Below the pieces are notes generated by a model. It was not told the origin of the DNA. It did not search any database and saw nothing but the letters and a program-made list of their open reading frames with translations. From the NCBI GenBank assembly GCA_049325535.1, contig JBMOKY010000001.1, forward strand, positions 29,002-93,001: a DNA stretch of 64,000 nucleotides, written 5' to 3'. The DNA comes from Patescibacteria group bacterium. Its GTDB lineage: Bacteria > Patescibacteriota > Patescibacteriia > UBA10025 > JAHIVO01. Both the position numbers and the translations under genes were made by a program. Below, in pieces: positions 19,406 to 28,672 of this stretch. Each line of letters starts with the position of its first letter. Positions within the stretch are counted from its first letter, which is position 1.

Positions 19406-20671
19406 TTGGAGGAATTCGTGAAGATCGATCCGAGTAAACGAATCGGCGGCGGGTACCGACGTGCCATCCAGATTTCTATCGAGGGCACAGCGCGTACGGT
19501 GGCTGCGCGTGGCGGACTCTTTCGGGGTGACCTGTATGTCATTCTGGAGGGCGTCCGGCAGCACATGGTCGCCATCCCCAACTGGGACAATATGGTCGCG
19601 CGCGCAGCGCTGGCATCTGGTGCCTATCGGCCGGATTATTATGACCCGAGCTGGTTGATGTACCAGGTATATACCAGCGTGTATGAAGCGCTTCGCTACA
19701 CATATTATGTGCTCGATCGGCAGTATGGCATTTCTTTCCATCACGGTGAAAAGGGTCGCTTGTCCGCTGCCCGTGAGGAACTGCTGGCGATCAATGAAAT
19801 TGCCGCTGGCCTCCGTCGTGGCAATGCGCAGGAGTTGGCTCCGGTTTTTTTCGAAAAAGCGCGGGCAATATTGGAGCAGATTGAAGAACACCCTCGTGAT
19901 CAACATAAGCGGGCCGCGCGGCGCATGAGCGTACCGCTGATGACCGTGTTTGACCGGACCGGCCGGGCAAATAGCACCGTCAAGATGGTGCAGGCGCTGG
20001 CCGCGCATGGCCAGCTGCGTCGCCGACAGGTGGCCATCAGCTGCATCGAGCCGGTGATTATCGCCCGACGGCAGACGCTCAAGTCGTTGATTGAGGAGAT
20101 GGAGCTCTTCTGGGAGGGTTTGTACGATTACCTCAATCGCTTGTTTGATCGACCGTATTGGGTTCGCGGTCAGTCGCGGTGCATGCAGCTGCTGATTGAT
20201 GCCATGGCTCGTCCATCGATGGTGCAGCATCTGACGATGTTTCACCAGGAGATCGGGCGGTACGATATCGCGCCATTTACCCAGACATCCTACCATGTCT
20301 ACCCCGAGCTGGGGCAGGTGCTGGAGCATATCCGGCGCGAGGAGTATGGCGCGGCGCGGAAGATTCTCGAGCGAATGTGGAATTCACTCAAGCTGCGGCA
20401 TATCCGCGCCGAACTGGAAGCAGCATTGTTGCCGTTTACGTGCTCACTGTATGGTGATCTGGTGGATCGCGCAGCCTATGATGCCATGATCTATAGCACC
20501 AAGCAGGCGCGGACCGCGCTGGCTCGAGTGGATGAATCGGGATTTGTCCACCCGGTGTCTCGGCACGCCATCGCGCAGTTGTCAGCCGCTCTCGAACTGT
20601 TGATACAGAAAACTATTACCAGCGGCCGTCAGGCCAAGGAACATATCAAAACAGCGCTCGGCGTGCTGTAA
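19406..20671 (+). CDS. Hypothetical protein (~420 aa), Arg-rich helical
   Basis: Long ORF with a non-ATG (TTG/GTG) start region and a GGAGG at 19408-19412. The opposite-strand ORF 19370..20329 is judged spurious. Confidence 0.5.
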   Translation: MEEFVKIDPSKRIGGGYRRAIQISIEGTARTVAARGGLFRGDLYVILEGVRQHMVAIPNWDNMVARAALASGAYRPDYYDPSWLMYQVYTSVYEALRYTYYVLDRQYGISFHHGEKGRLSAAREELLAINEIAAGLRRGNAQELAPVFFEKARAILEQIEEHPRDQHKRAARRMSVPLMTVFDRTGRANSTVKMVQALAAHGQLRRRQVAISCIEPVIIARRQTLKSLIEEMELFWEGLYDYLNRLFDRPYWVRGQSRCMQLLIDAMARPSMVQHLTMFHQEIGRYDIAPFTQTSYHVYPELGQVLEHIRREEYGAARKILERMWNSLKLRHIRAELEAALLPFTCSLYGDLVDRAAYDAMIYSTKQARTALARVDESGFVHPVSRHAIAQLSAALELLIQKTITSGRQAKEHIKTALGVL

Positions 20672-20685
20672 GAAAGGAGCAGTGC

Positions 20686-20934
20686 GTGGATACGAAGTTA
20701 CTGGAAGGCAAGATCGTTACCATCCCCTATATGGAGGAATGGAAACCGGGATTCTACATCGATGATGCATGTTCATGTGCGGTGAGGCTGGTCGCCCTCA
20801 TGCCGGACGGCGTAATCGTGGATATCGGTCCCGTATCGCTCGTTGATTTCGAAGCGCATTATGCCATCCTCAGGCAGGATCGTCGGCGGATCGAGATGGA
20901 TGCTTTTGCGCAGTATCAGATCGTCGGTCGGTAA
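20686..20934 (+). CDS. Small hypothetical protein (82 aa)
   Basis: GTG start preceded by an AAAGGAG Shine-Dalgarno sequence. Confidence 0.45.
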   Translation: MDTKLLEGKIVTIPYMEEWKPGFYIDDACSCAVRLVALMPDGVIVDIGPVSLVDFEAHYAILRQDRRRIEMDAFAQYQIVGR

Positions 20935-20959
20935 TCCGCACATCGTTCAATCGGTACTG

Positions 20960-20995
20960 ACACGGCAGCCTTCAGGGGCGCCGTGTTTTTTTATT
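20960..20995 (+). terminator. Intrinsic terminator
   Basis: ACACGGC...GCCGTGT hairpin followed by TTTTTTT. Confidence 0.55.
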
Positions 20996-21002
20996 TCATC
21001 CC

Positions 21003-21030
21003 TTGACAATATCCCCCGGTTTCCTATACT
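21003..21030 (+). promoter_or_regulatory. Sigma70-like promoter TTGACA-16-TATACT for the rpsO-NYN-pnp operon
   Basis: TTGACA at 21003-21008 and TATACT at 21025-21030, about 90 nt upstream of rpsO. Confidence 0.55.
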
Positions 21031-21117
21031 AGTGGGTACTTATACGTGATGACGAATGCTGGGTTTTTGGGGAAGGTTAGCCCCATATACTCGGATTCGC
21101 CAGAAAGGAACAAACAC

Positions 21118-21390
21118 ATGCTAACCAAGAAAGAAAAGGATAAGATAATTGAGAAGTACAAAATCCACGAGAAAGATACCGGGTCTGCTGAAGTGCAGAT
21201 CGCTATTTTGAGTGAGGAGATCAAGCGATTAACCGGTCATCTCAAGGATCACAAGAAAGATTTTTCCTCGAGACGCGGGTTGCTCCGGAAAGTTGGTCAG
21301 CGCCGCCGACTATTGCGGTATTTGGAAAAAGACAATCAGAAGAGCTACGACGATTTGACCGATAAGCTGAAATTAAAGAAGAAGTCATGA
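21118..21390 (+). CDS. rpsO: 30S ribosomal protein S15
   Basis: [69 protein letters not shown] is a canonical S15 sequence. Confidence 0.9.
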   Translation: MLTKKEKDKIIEKYKIHEKDTGSAEVQIAILSEEIKRLTGHLKDHKKDFSSRRGLLRKVGQRRRLLRYLEKDNQKSYDDLTDKLKLKKKS

Positions 21391-21905
21391 AATTGAAAGA
21401 TCAACGCGTCGGCGTATTCGTCGATGTCCAGAACCTCTACTATTCCGCCAAGAATCTGTATGGCGCAAAAGTTAATTTTGGCGAGGTGCTCAAAACCGCA
21501 GTTGCGGACCGACTGCTCATTCGGGCTATCGCCTACGTCATCAAGGCTGATAATGTTGATGAGCAGAAATTTTTCGAAGCGTTGGATAATCAGGGTTTCG
21601 AGGTGAAGATGAAGGATTTGCAGATATTCTACGGCGGTAATAAAAAGGGAGATTGGGATGTGGGCGTGGCTATTGATGCCGTCCGCCTCTCAAATAAACT
21701 GGATGTGGTGGTGTTGGTTACCGGCGATGGCGATTTTGTCCCACTGATCAATTATCTGAAGAATCTTGGTGTGTATGTTGAGGTGATTGCGTTTAGTGAA
21801 TCAACGTCCAGCAGCATCAAGACCCTCGCTGATGATTTTATCGATTTGAGTGCGGACAAGAAGAAATACCTTATCGCCAACCGCCGTCGGTTCATCGGAC
21901 GGTAG
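21387..21905 (+). CDS. NYN-domain (LabA/PIN-like) protein
   Basis: [15 protein letters not shown]...[14 protein letters not shown] is the NYN-domain signature. Confidence 0.7.
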   Translation: MKLKDQRVGVFVDVQNLYYSAKNLYGAKVNFGEVLKTAVADRLLIRAIAYVIKADNVDEQKFFEALDNQGFEVKMKDLQIFYGGNKKGDWDVGVAIDAVRLSNKLDVVVLVTGDGDFVPLINYLKNLGVYVEVIAFSESTSSSIKTLADDFIDLSADKKKYLIANRRRFIGR

Positions 21906-22066
21906 TTATTTAATAATAGTAGATTTTTAATACATTGGCAGCGGTGGCTGCCGTAGCCGCGTTTCGTAGGCTTATTCATCGCAGTACACCGTCACGGGTA
22001 CTGAGGAGAACAAGTTTATGAGCCGGCCTGGTGCCACTTCCTGCCGTAAGTGAAAGGAACACCTCT

Positions 22067-24346
22067 ATGGCTCACATGCCACAACGGTTTACCACCGAGG
22101 TAGCCGGAAAAGAAATGATTTTTGAGTTCGGCAAGCTGGCCGGGCAGACGAATGGATCCTGTACCGTTCAGTATGGCGGCACAGTAGTTTTAGCTACTGC
22201 GGTTTTGAGTGATACCATCCGTGATGGCATCGACTATTTTCCGCTGATGGTTGACTATGAAGAGCGTCTCTATGCCGCAGGTAAGATCAAGGGCTCACGT
22301 TTTATCAAACGTGAAGGTCGTCCGACGGATGAGGCGGTATTGACCGCGCGCATGGTTGATCGATCGGTACGCCCGCTGTTTGACGAATCAATGCGTAACG
22401 ACATACAAGTCGTCATTACCGTACTGTCAGTCGACCAGGAAAATGATCCGGATATTGTTTCATTGATTGCCGCGTCAGCCGCTCTGTCCGTTTCCGATAT
22501 ACCCTGGAATGGTCCGGTAGCAGGGTTTCGCGTCGGTCGGGTCGGTGGTGAATGGGTGCTCAACCCTACCTATGACGCTCGTGACAAAAGCGATTTAGAT
22601 TTGGTCGTGGTCGGAACGGGCACGAAAATCGTAATGATTGAAGCGGGAGCGCATCAGGTACCTGAGGATGTGATGCAGCAAGCAATGGAATTTTGCTATC
22701 AGCATACCAAAAAAGTTGCTGATTTCATCGCGGACATGGCCAAACAGGTGGGTCGTCCGAAGATTGCCGTACCCGCCGAAGCGCTCGCTGATGAGGAAGC
22801 GGCGGCGTGGAAAAAGGTTGAAGAAAAAACAAATGCGTTTCTCGCTGATCGTTTGCCAGCCGTGTTTGCTATCAAAGGCAAAAAAGAACACAAGGCAGCC
22901 GTTGCCGCTATCAAAGATGACCTAGACGCCATGCTCAAGGCGGACAATGAAGTGAGCAAAGAGGCGCGCGCGAAAGCCCTCGGGTTGATTGATCAGGCAT
23001 ATTATCATGCTGCGCGTCGTCTGGTGCTGGATACTGATACTCGCGTAGACGGTCGCAAAACCGATGAATTACGGGAGATTTGGTGTGAGGCTGGTATACT
23101 TCCCCGTACACATGGTTCCGGCCTCTTCAATCGCGGTGAAACACAGGTACTGTCGATTGTGACGCTCGGTTCTCCTGGTGATGAGCAGGTTTTGGATACC
23201 ATGGAAGAAAGCGGGAAAAAACGCTATATGCATCATTACAATTTTCCGGGGTTCTCCGTCGGTGAAGCAAAACCAGTTCGCTCTCCGGGACGCCGTGAAA
23301 TCGGCCATGGAGCACTCGCCGAAAAAGCGCTTGAGCCGGTACTGCCACCGAAAGAAACGTTCCCCTACACCATCCGCGTCGTATCTGAGGTTTTGTCATC
23401 AAACGGATCGTCATCACAGGCGTCAGCCTGTGGTTCGACATTGGCGCTGATGGACGCAGGCGTGCCGATTTCCGATCCGGTTGCTGGCGTTGCTATTGGA
23501 TTGATTACGGATACGGATAATCCGTCACGCTATAAGATTCTAACTGATATTCAGGGTGTGGAAGACCATGATGGTGACATGGATTTCAAAGTAGCGGGTA
23601 CCGCCAAAGGAATTACTGCTATTCAGCTCGACGTCAAAGTAGACGGCATTGATTTTGGCATCATCGGGGATACATTGGCGGCGGCTCAGCGAGCGCGGAT
23701 GCAGATATTGGAGCGAATGACCGCGGTCATTGCCCAGCCGCGGGCCGACCTCTCCCCCTACGCTCCGCGTATTACGTCGATCAAGATTGACCCGGAGAAA
23801 ATTCGTGATGTCATCGGTAAGGGTGGAGAAACGATCAATAAGATCATCGAAGAGTGTGGGGGTGAAGATGTGATGAAGATAGATATCGAGGATGACGGTC
23901 TGGTGATGGTCACCTCAACCAATGGTGCCATGGCAGAAAAGGCCATGACCTGGATCAAAAATCTCACCCATGAGATTACTGTCGGGGAAATCTATGAAGG
24001 TACCGTGACGCGTATCGTCGCCGATCGTAACACGGGCAGTGAAATTGGAGCCATCGTCGAACTGTTGCCCGGCCAAGACGGGATGGTCCATATTTCCCAG
24101 TTCCGCCATGAGCGCATCAATCGCGTATCAGATGTGGTGAAAGAAGGCGACCATCTGAAAGTGAAGGTCATGGGGATCGACAAAGAAAAAGGCCGCATCG
24201 AATTGTCGCATAAAGTATTCCTTGAGGGTACTGCGGGTACCCCGTCGCCATCTCAGGATCGCGGACACGGGCATCCCGGAGGTGGCCGGGGAGATTCTCA
24301 TAACCGTAGCCGGTTTAATCGTCGACGACCCATCAATGATTATTAG
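22067..24346 (+). CDS. pnp: Polynucleotide phosphorylase with a Gly/Arg-rich C-terminal tail
   Basis: Two RNase PH domains, a KH domain (IDPEKIRDVIGKGGETINKI) and an S1 domain. The C-terminal ~40 aa are RGG/His-rich. Confidence 0.9.
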   Translation: MAHMPQRFTTEVAGKEMIFEFGKLAGQTNGSCTVQYGGTVVLATAVLSDTIRDGIDYFPLMVDYEERLYAAGKIKGSRFIKREGRPTDEAVLTARMVDRSVRPLFDESMRNDIQVVITVLSVDQENDPDIVSLIAASAALSVSDIPWNGPVAGFRVGRVGGEWVLNPTYDARDKSDLDLVVVGTGTKIVMIEAGAHQVPEDVMQQAMEFCYQHTKKVADFIADMAKQVGRPKIAVPAEALADEEAAAWKKVEEKTNAFLADRLPAVFAIKGKKEHKAAVAAIKDDLDAMLKADNEVSKEARAKALGLIDQAYYHAARRLVLDTDTRVDGRKTDELREIWCEAGILPRTHGSGLFNRGETQVLSIVTLGSPGDEQVLDTMEESGKKRYMHHYNFPGFSVGEAKPVRSPGRREIGHGALAEKALEPVLPPKETFPYTIRVVSEVLSSNGSSSQASACGSTLALMDAGVPISDPVAGVAIGLITDTDNPSRYKILTDIQGVEDHDGDMDFKVAGTAKGITAIQLDVKVDGIDFGIIGDTLAAAQRARMQILERMTAVIAQPRADLSPYAPRITSIKIDPEKIRDVIGKGGETINKIIEECGGEDVMKIDIEDDGLVMVTSTNGAMAEKAMTWIKNLTHEITVGEIYEGTVTRIVADRNTGSEIGAIVELLPGQDGMVHISQFRHERINRVSDVVKEGDHLKVKVMGIDKEKGRIELSHKVFLEGTAGTPSPSQDRGHGHPGGGRGDSHNRSRFNRRRPINDY

Positions 24347-24911
24347 TCTGAGCGGCAAACCAGGGTCCGGTAAGAGTACCATCGCCACCCGATTGGCGGC
24401 AGAGCTCGGTTTTGAACGTATTTACATCGGTGGCATGCGTCGTGCCATGGCGCGGACAAAAGGCATGACACTGCAGGAGTTCAATGCCTGGAGCGAAACG
24501 CATCCGGAGGGCGACAAGGAATTTGACGCATATATCACATCCGTCGCCTCCGGCAAAGATAATATCATCATCGAAAGCCGTACGGCTTTTCATTTCTTGC
24601 CACAGTCATTGAAAATATTCCTCGATGTCAGTGTCGAGGAAGGCGCGCGGCGGATTTGGGAGGCGCTCCAATCCGGCGCAAAGTCAGATCGAAATGAAGC
24701 GCCTGCCGTGGAACGGTATGAGGACGTGCTGGCATCGGTACGCGACCGGTTGCGCAGTGACGCGCTGCGTTATCGGAAGTATTATCAGATCGATATTTTT
24801 GATCCTGCGCAGTATGATCTGTTTCTGGATACCACCCAGCTCACCCCAGAACAGGAATACAGGCACGTGTATACGTTTGTGCGAGAAAAGCTCATGCATT
24901 TGGCTGGGTAA
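24336..24911 (+). CDS. cmk: Cytidylate kinase-like nucleoside monophosphate kinase
   Basis: P-loop ISLSGKPGSGKSTIATRLAAELGF and a cmk-like layout. Overlaps the pnp stop by 11 nt. Confidence 0.7.
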   Translation: MIISLSGKPGSGKSTIATRLAAELGFERIYIGGMRRAMARTKGMTLQEFNAWSETHPEGDKEFDAYITSVASGKDNIIIESRTAFHFLPQSLKIFLDVSVEEGARRIWEALQSGAKSDRNEAPAVERYEDVLASVRDRLRSDALRYRKYYQIDIFDPAQYDLFLDTTQLTPEQEYRHVYTFVREKLMHLAG

Positions 24912-25004
24912 TGTCCAGTCAAGCTGAGTCAAAATGGTGTGGATAAAAAATTACGGAATAATCGTAATTTTTTATTTTTATTTAATGTTAGCCAAAATGA
25001 ACTA

Positions 25005-25033
25005 TTGACAATGGGATGCGTATATGATATACT
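25005..25033 (+). promoter_or_regulatory. Near-consensus sigma70 promoter TTGACA-17-TATACT driving an orphan non-coding transcript
   Basis: TTGACA at 25005-25010, 17-nt spacer, TATACT at 25028-25033. No ORF follows. Confidence 0.5.
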
Positions 25034-25039
25034 GGTTTC

Positions 25040-25426
25040 ATACTGAAACTTGATAATTTATCCACAGGATAAAAACAAGGTAGTGGAAGCGGTATAGCCG
25101 AAATACTCGGATATATGCTTTCTCTACTTTTGGAGCGGTGCAGTTGGACATCGCGAATAAAAATCAAACAAAACAAAAAGGTACCTCTGTACGAAAAAAC
25201 AAAAAATGTAGAGAGGAAACCACAAGAAGGTAGAGAAATGCGCTTTTTGACATCCAACACAAAAGGCAAATAACGAGTACGCCATCTATGGCGCTTACTG
25301 CTCATATGTGTACCGGACGCGATCCGGTATAGATACGAGCGGTAAGCTCGCCTGGGCGCACCCGTCCAGGAGGTGTCGCATATAAAACAATATATTTTGG
25401 TGCGTTACACCTCCTTTTCAATTTCT
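25040..25426 (+). ncRNA. Candidate structured non-coding RNA (~390 nt) of unknown class, bounded by a consensus promoter and an intrinsic terminator
   Basis: There is no plausible ORF. Multiple local hairpins (TACCGGAcgcgaTCCGGTA, GAGCggtaaGCTC), a long-range complement (GCTTTCTCTAC at about 25112 with GTAGAGAAATGC at about 25228), and a terminal 12-bp GC-rich hairpin (25369-25414) followed by a T-run. Confidence 0.4.
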
Positions 25427-25562
25427 AAAAAAATCATATCTGAAATTCGCCGGCATTTTTTGGCACCAGTGGCGCGCCATAGTCGATAGTATAGAGCGAC
25501 GTTCGGCGCATTTTTTATTTTTAGTTACTTTTTATTGACGGGGATATATACTGAAAGTAACT

Positions 25563-26189
25563 ATGCAGCATCCAAACAGTAAACGGGAAAACGCATTGTA
25601 CCGTGCTGGGCATACATACGTAGCCGGTGCGGACGAAGCAGGGCGCGGGGCGTGGGCAGGGCCAATCGTCGCGGCAGCGGTTGTGCTGCCACCACGCGTG
25701 CGGATACCCGGTATCCGTGATTCAAAACAGTTGTCTCCGGCCATGCGCGAGCGACTCTCCGCGCGCATTATTGAGATTGCCGTTGCGTATCAGATCTGTG
25801 CCATCGCTCCGGTGGAGATTGACCGTGTCGGCATCGGTGAAGCAAATCGTGCAGCACTTCGCCACGCACTAACCACTATGGGGGTGGCGCCGACTTTTGC
25901 ATTAGTCGATGCTTTATCGATCGGGCGGATGCCATTTGGGACCGATGCCATTATCCGGGGTGATGCGCAGGTGGTCAGTATAGCCGCAGCTTCTATTGTA
26001 GCCAAAGTATCACGCGACCGTATGATGCGCTCACTTCATCAGCGGTATCCAAACTATGGATTTGTCCGACATAAGGGATATGGCACATTACAGCACCGGA
26101 TGGCGCTGCAACGGCATGGTATTTCCGCGGTGCACCGTCGATCGTTTGCTCCGATGGCGCAGATGCTCACCGGTTCTGGAGCGATGTGA
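25563..26189 (+). CDS. rnhB: Ribonuclease HII
   Basis: AGADEAGRGAWAGPIVAAAVVL...DSKQL motifs. Confidence 0.85.
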   Translation: MQHPNSKRENALYRAGHTYVAGADEAGRGAWAGPIVAAAVVLPPRVRIPGIRDSKQLSPAMRERLSARIIEIAVAYQICAIAPVEIDRVGIGEANRAALRHALTTMGVAPTFALVDALSIGRMPFGTDAIIRGDAQVVSIAAASIVAKVSRDRMMRSLHQRYPNYGFVRHKGYGTLQHRMALQRHGISAVHRRSFAPMAQMLTGSGAM

Positions 26190-26201
26190 TATACTGTAGC
26201 T

Positions 26202-26759
26202 ATGCAGGAAACCCATATTTCAGGATCTACATTTCTTCACCCGGAAAATATATTGGCCAAGGCGGGATTAACCGCCGGTCGGGTAGTGGCCGATTTGGGC
26301 TGCGGTGGCGGGTATTTTGCGTTGGCAGCATCGCGCATCGTCGGAGACACCGGCAGGGTATATGCCGTCGATATCCTAAAGGATGCCCTGTCCTCAGTTG
26401 CCGGCAAAGCTAAACTCTACGGTTTGAGCAATATCACCACAGTGTGGTCTGATGCCGAACAGGTAGGCGCTGCCCGGGTGATCGCCGACCGATCCGTCGA
26501 CTATGTGCTGCTGGTACAGATTTTGTCTCAGGTAAAGCATATGGACAATATATTCAAGGAGGCGCTTCGGATTTGTAAACCCCAGGCGACGGTCGTGGTT
26601 GTCGACTGGCGCGCTAATAATTTTCATTTTGGCCCGCCAACAGAAAAACGTCTCAAGCCCGAATTAATCATCACCGAGGCCTCCCAGCATCAATTAGCAT
26701 TCCACCGTGAGATAGAAGCCGGCCCGTATCATTTTGGATTGGTATTTGAGCGGGTGTAG
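26202..26759 (+). CDS. Class I SAM-dependent methyltransferase
   Basis: Motif I VVADLGCGGGYFA and a Rossmann-fold layout. Confidence 0.7.
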   Translation: MQETHISGSTFLHPENILAKAGLTAGRVVADLGCGGGYFALAASRIVGDTGRVYAVDILKDALSSVAGKAKLYGLSNITTVWSDAEQVGAARVIADRSVDYVLLVQILSQVKHMDNIFKEALRICKPQATVVVVDWRANNFHFGPPTEKRLKPELIITEASQHQLAFHREIEAGPYHFGLVFERV

Positions 26760-26817
26760 TGCCGGTAGTGACCGGTACCCATGAACCTTCCCTAGCAGAT
26801 TATTCTATGGGGCAGGT

Positions 26818-27171
26818 ATGACGTTACAAAAAAATATAGGGAACGAAGGTGAGCGGATGGCGGCCGAATTCCTCCACGCGCGGGGCTATGTGATCCGGGA
26901 GCGTCAGTGGACGTGCCGTTTTGGGGAAATAGACCTCATCGCTTACCAGCATACCACGGGCACGCTGGTTTTTATTGAAGTCAAACGACGTCGTGGGTTG
27001 ATGTCCGCGGCATTTATTGAGTGCGTCGACTGGCGGAAACAACAACGGTTGGTCAGTGCTATTACCTGCTATCTTCAGCAGCATGGCTATGACGGGCCGA
27101 TTCGTTGTGATGTCGTGCTGATAGATCGCACTGGCCGGATAACACATATATGCGACGTCGATCTCGGATGA
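26818..27171 (+). CDS. yraN: YraN-family (UPF0102) endonuclease
   Basis: GE..AA.FL..RGY.I..R.W.CRFGEIDLIA pattern. Confidence 0.75.
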   Translation: MTLQKNIGNEGERMAAEFLHARGYVIRERQWTCRFGEIDLIAYQHTTGTLVFIEVKRRRGLMSAAFIECVDWRKQQRLVSAITCYLQQHGYDGPIRCDVVLIDRTGRITHICDVDLG

Positions 27172-27260
27172 CCCTTGCAATTTTTTTACAGTATCGTATA
27201 CTGCAGTATATGAGACTAGTTATGTATATAACTGGTCTTTTTTAGCAGTAATATAAATAT

Positions 27261-28646
27261 ATGAAAACATCAGCCAATGAAATTCTCGAAGCTGCCAAGG
27301 CAATCTGCGAGGAAAAGAAGATTTCCCTCGAATCGGTCATCGAAACAATCGAGGCGGCACTTGCTGTAGCCTACCGTAAGGATTTTGGCGAAAAAAATCA
27401 GAATATCAAAGTGGAATTTAATATTCAGGATGGGACCGCACGGGTATTTGACGTGAAGACTGTCGTGTCCGATGAAAAGAAAGAACTGACGGAGCAGCTA
27501 CAGGCAGAAAAACAGGTGGCGCTGGAGGCGGCCGCAGCTGCCGCTGCAGCGGGGGCAGAACCCGTCGCACCGGTCGATGAGCCTGCGGGGGACACGACCG
27601 AAGAAGAATTTGAGCGGTATAATGCCAAGACAGAGATTTCCCTCAGCGAAGCGCAGGAAATACAAAAGGGCGCGGTGGAGGGCGATGTCATCAAGACCGA
27701 ATTGCAACCCCCGGCTGCGTATGGCCGCATGGCCGCCCAAACCGCCAAACAAGTCATCATCCAGCGCCTGCGAGAAGCGGAGCGTGATATGATTTTCCGT
27801 GAATTCAAAGATAAGGAAGGCGAGGTCATCAACGGTACAGTACAGCGGATGGAAGGCCGCATCGTACTGGTTGATTTGGGGCAGACGACGGCCATTATCC
27901 CGCCTTCGGAGCAGGTGCCCCATGAGCGCTATACTCCTGGGCAGCGTCTGAAATTTTTTGTGGTGGCGGTCAATACTACCCCCAAAGGCCCAGAAATTAT
28001 TTTATCGCGCGCGCATCCGGAAATGGTACGCAAGTTATTTACTCTGGAGGTTCCGGAAATCGGCAACGGGTCGGTGGAAATAAAATCCATTGCCCGTGAG
28101 GCCGGCTCTCGAACCAAAATAGCCGTTTTTACCGATCAGAAAAATATCGATCCAGTCGGATCATGTGTCGGTCAGCGCGGCTCCCGCGTTCAGACGATTA
28201 TTTCAGAGATCGGCGGTGAGAAAATAGACATCATCGAATGGGATGAAGACTCGGTAAAATTTATCATCAATGCCCTGTCCCCGGCAAAAGTATTGAGCGT
28301 CAAACTGAATGATCAGGAGAAGACCGCAATCGCCGAGGTCAAGGAAGACCAGCTGTCTTTGGCAATCGGCAAATCAGGGCAAAATGTTCGTCTATCGGCA
28401 AAACTGACCGGGTGGAAAATTGACATCGTATCCGAATCAGGGGAAAAGGTGAGTGAAGGCTCGCATAAAAAGGCAACCGTCGCCCCGGTTGATGCTGATG
28501 CGCCGGTAGCTGCAACTCCAGCTGCTGATCCGGCCGCCGCTCCAGACGCTCCACCTGAGACACCAGCGGTTCCCTCCGCTGATACTCCCGCTCCTGAGGC
28601 TCCGGCCGAAACCCCGGCAGCCCCCGTAGACCAATCAAAAGAATAA
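27261..28646 (+). CDS. nusA: Transcription termination/antitermination factor NusA with an Ala/Pro/Thr-rich C-terminal extension
   Basis: NusA N-terminal domain, S1 domain and two KH domains. The final ~70 aa are a low-complexity P/A/E tail. Confidence 0.85.
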   Translation: MKTSANEILEAAKAICEEKKISLESVIETIEAALAVAYRKDFGEKNQNIKVEFNIQDGTARVFDVKTVVSDEKKELTEQLQAEKQVALEAAAAAAAAGAEPVAPVDEPAGDTTEEEFERYNAKTEISLSEAQEIQKGAVEGDVIKTELQPPAAYGRMAAQTAKQVIIQRLREAERDMIFREFKDKEGEVINGTVQRMEGRIVLVDLGQTTAIIPPSEQVPHERYTPGQRLKFFVVAVNTTPKGPEIILSRAHPEMVRKLFTLEVPEIGNGSVEIKSIAREAGSRTKIAVFTDQKNIDPVGSCVGQRGSRVQTIISEIGGEKIDIIEWDEDSVKFIINALSPAKVLSVKLNDQEKTAIAEVKEDQLSLAIGKSGQNVRLSAKLTGWKIDIVSESGEKVSEGSHKKATVAPVDADAPVAATPAADPAAAPDAPPETPAVPSADTPAPEAPAETPAAPVDQSKE

Positions 28647-28672
28647 TAATTAATATCAATACATAACGATAT

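Noticed and set aside
19370-20329. 319-aa minus-strand ORF antisense to the 421-aa hypothetical gene
   Set aside because: Overlaps both the longer plus-strand ORF and the xerC upstream region. It has no ribosome-binding site and a biased Arg/Leu/His composition typical of antisense frames.
25040-25426. Identity of the orphan RNA as RNase P RNA, tmRNA, SRP RNA or 6S RNA
   Set aside because: None of the universal sequence blocks I can recall is present (P4 AGGAAAGUCCGGGC / ACAGAAxCCGGCUUA, the tmRNA tRNA-like 3' end with ...UUCGAxUCC...CCA and a tag reading frame, the SRP domain IV GGAA/AGCAG motif). Only a weak resemblance, GAGCGGTAAGCTC versus the RNase P GCGGUAAGAGCGC hairpin, was seen. A covariance-model search is needed to settle this.
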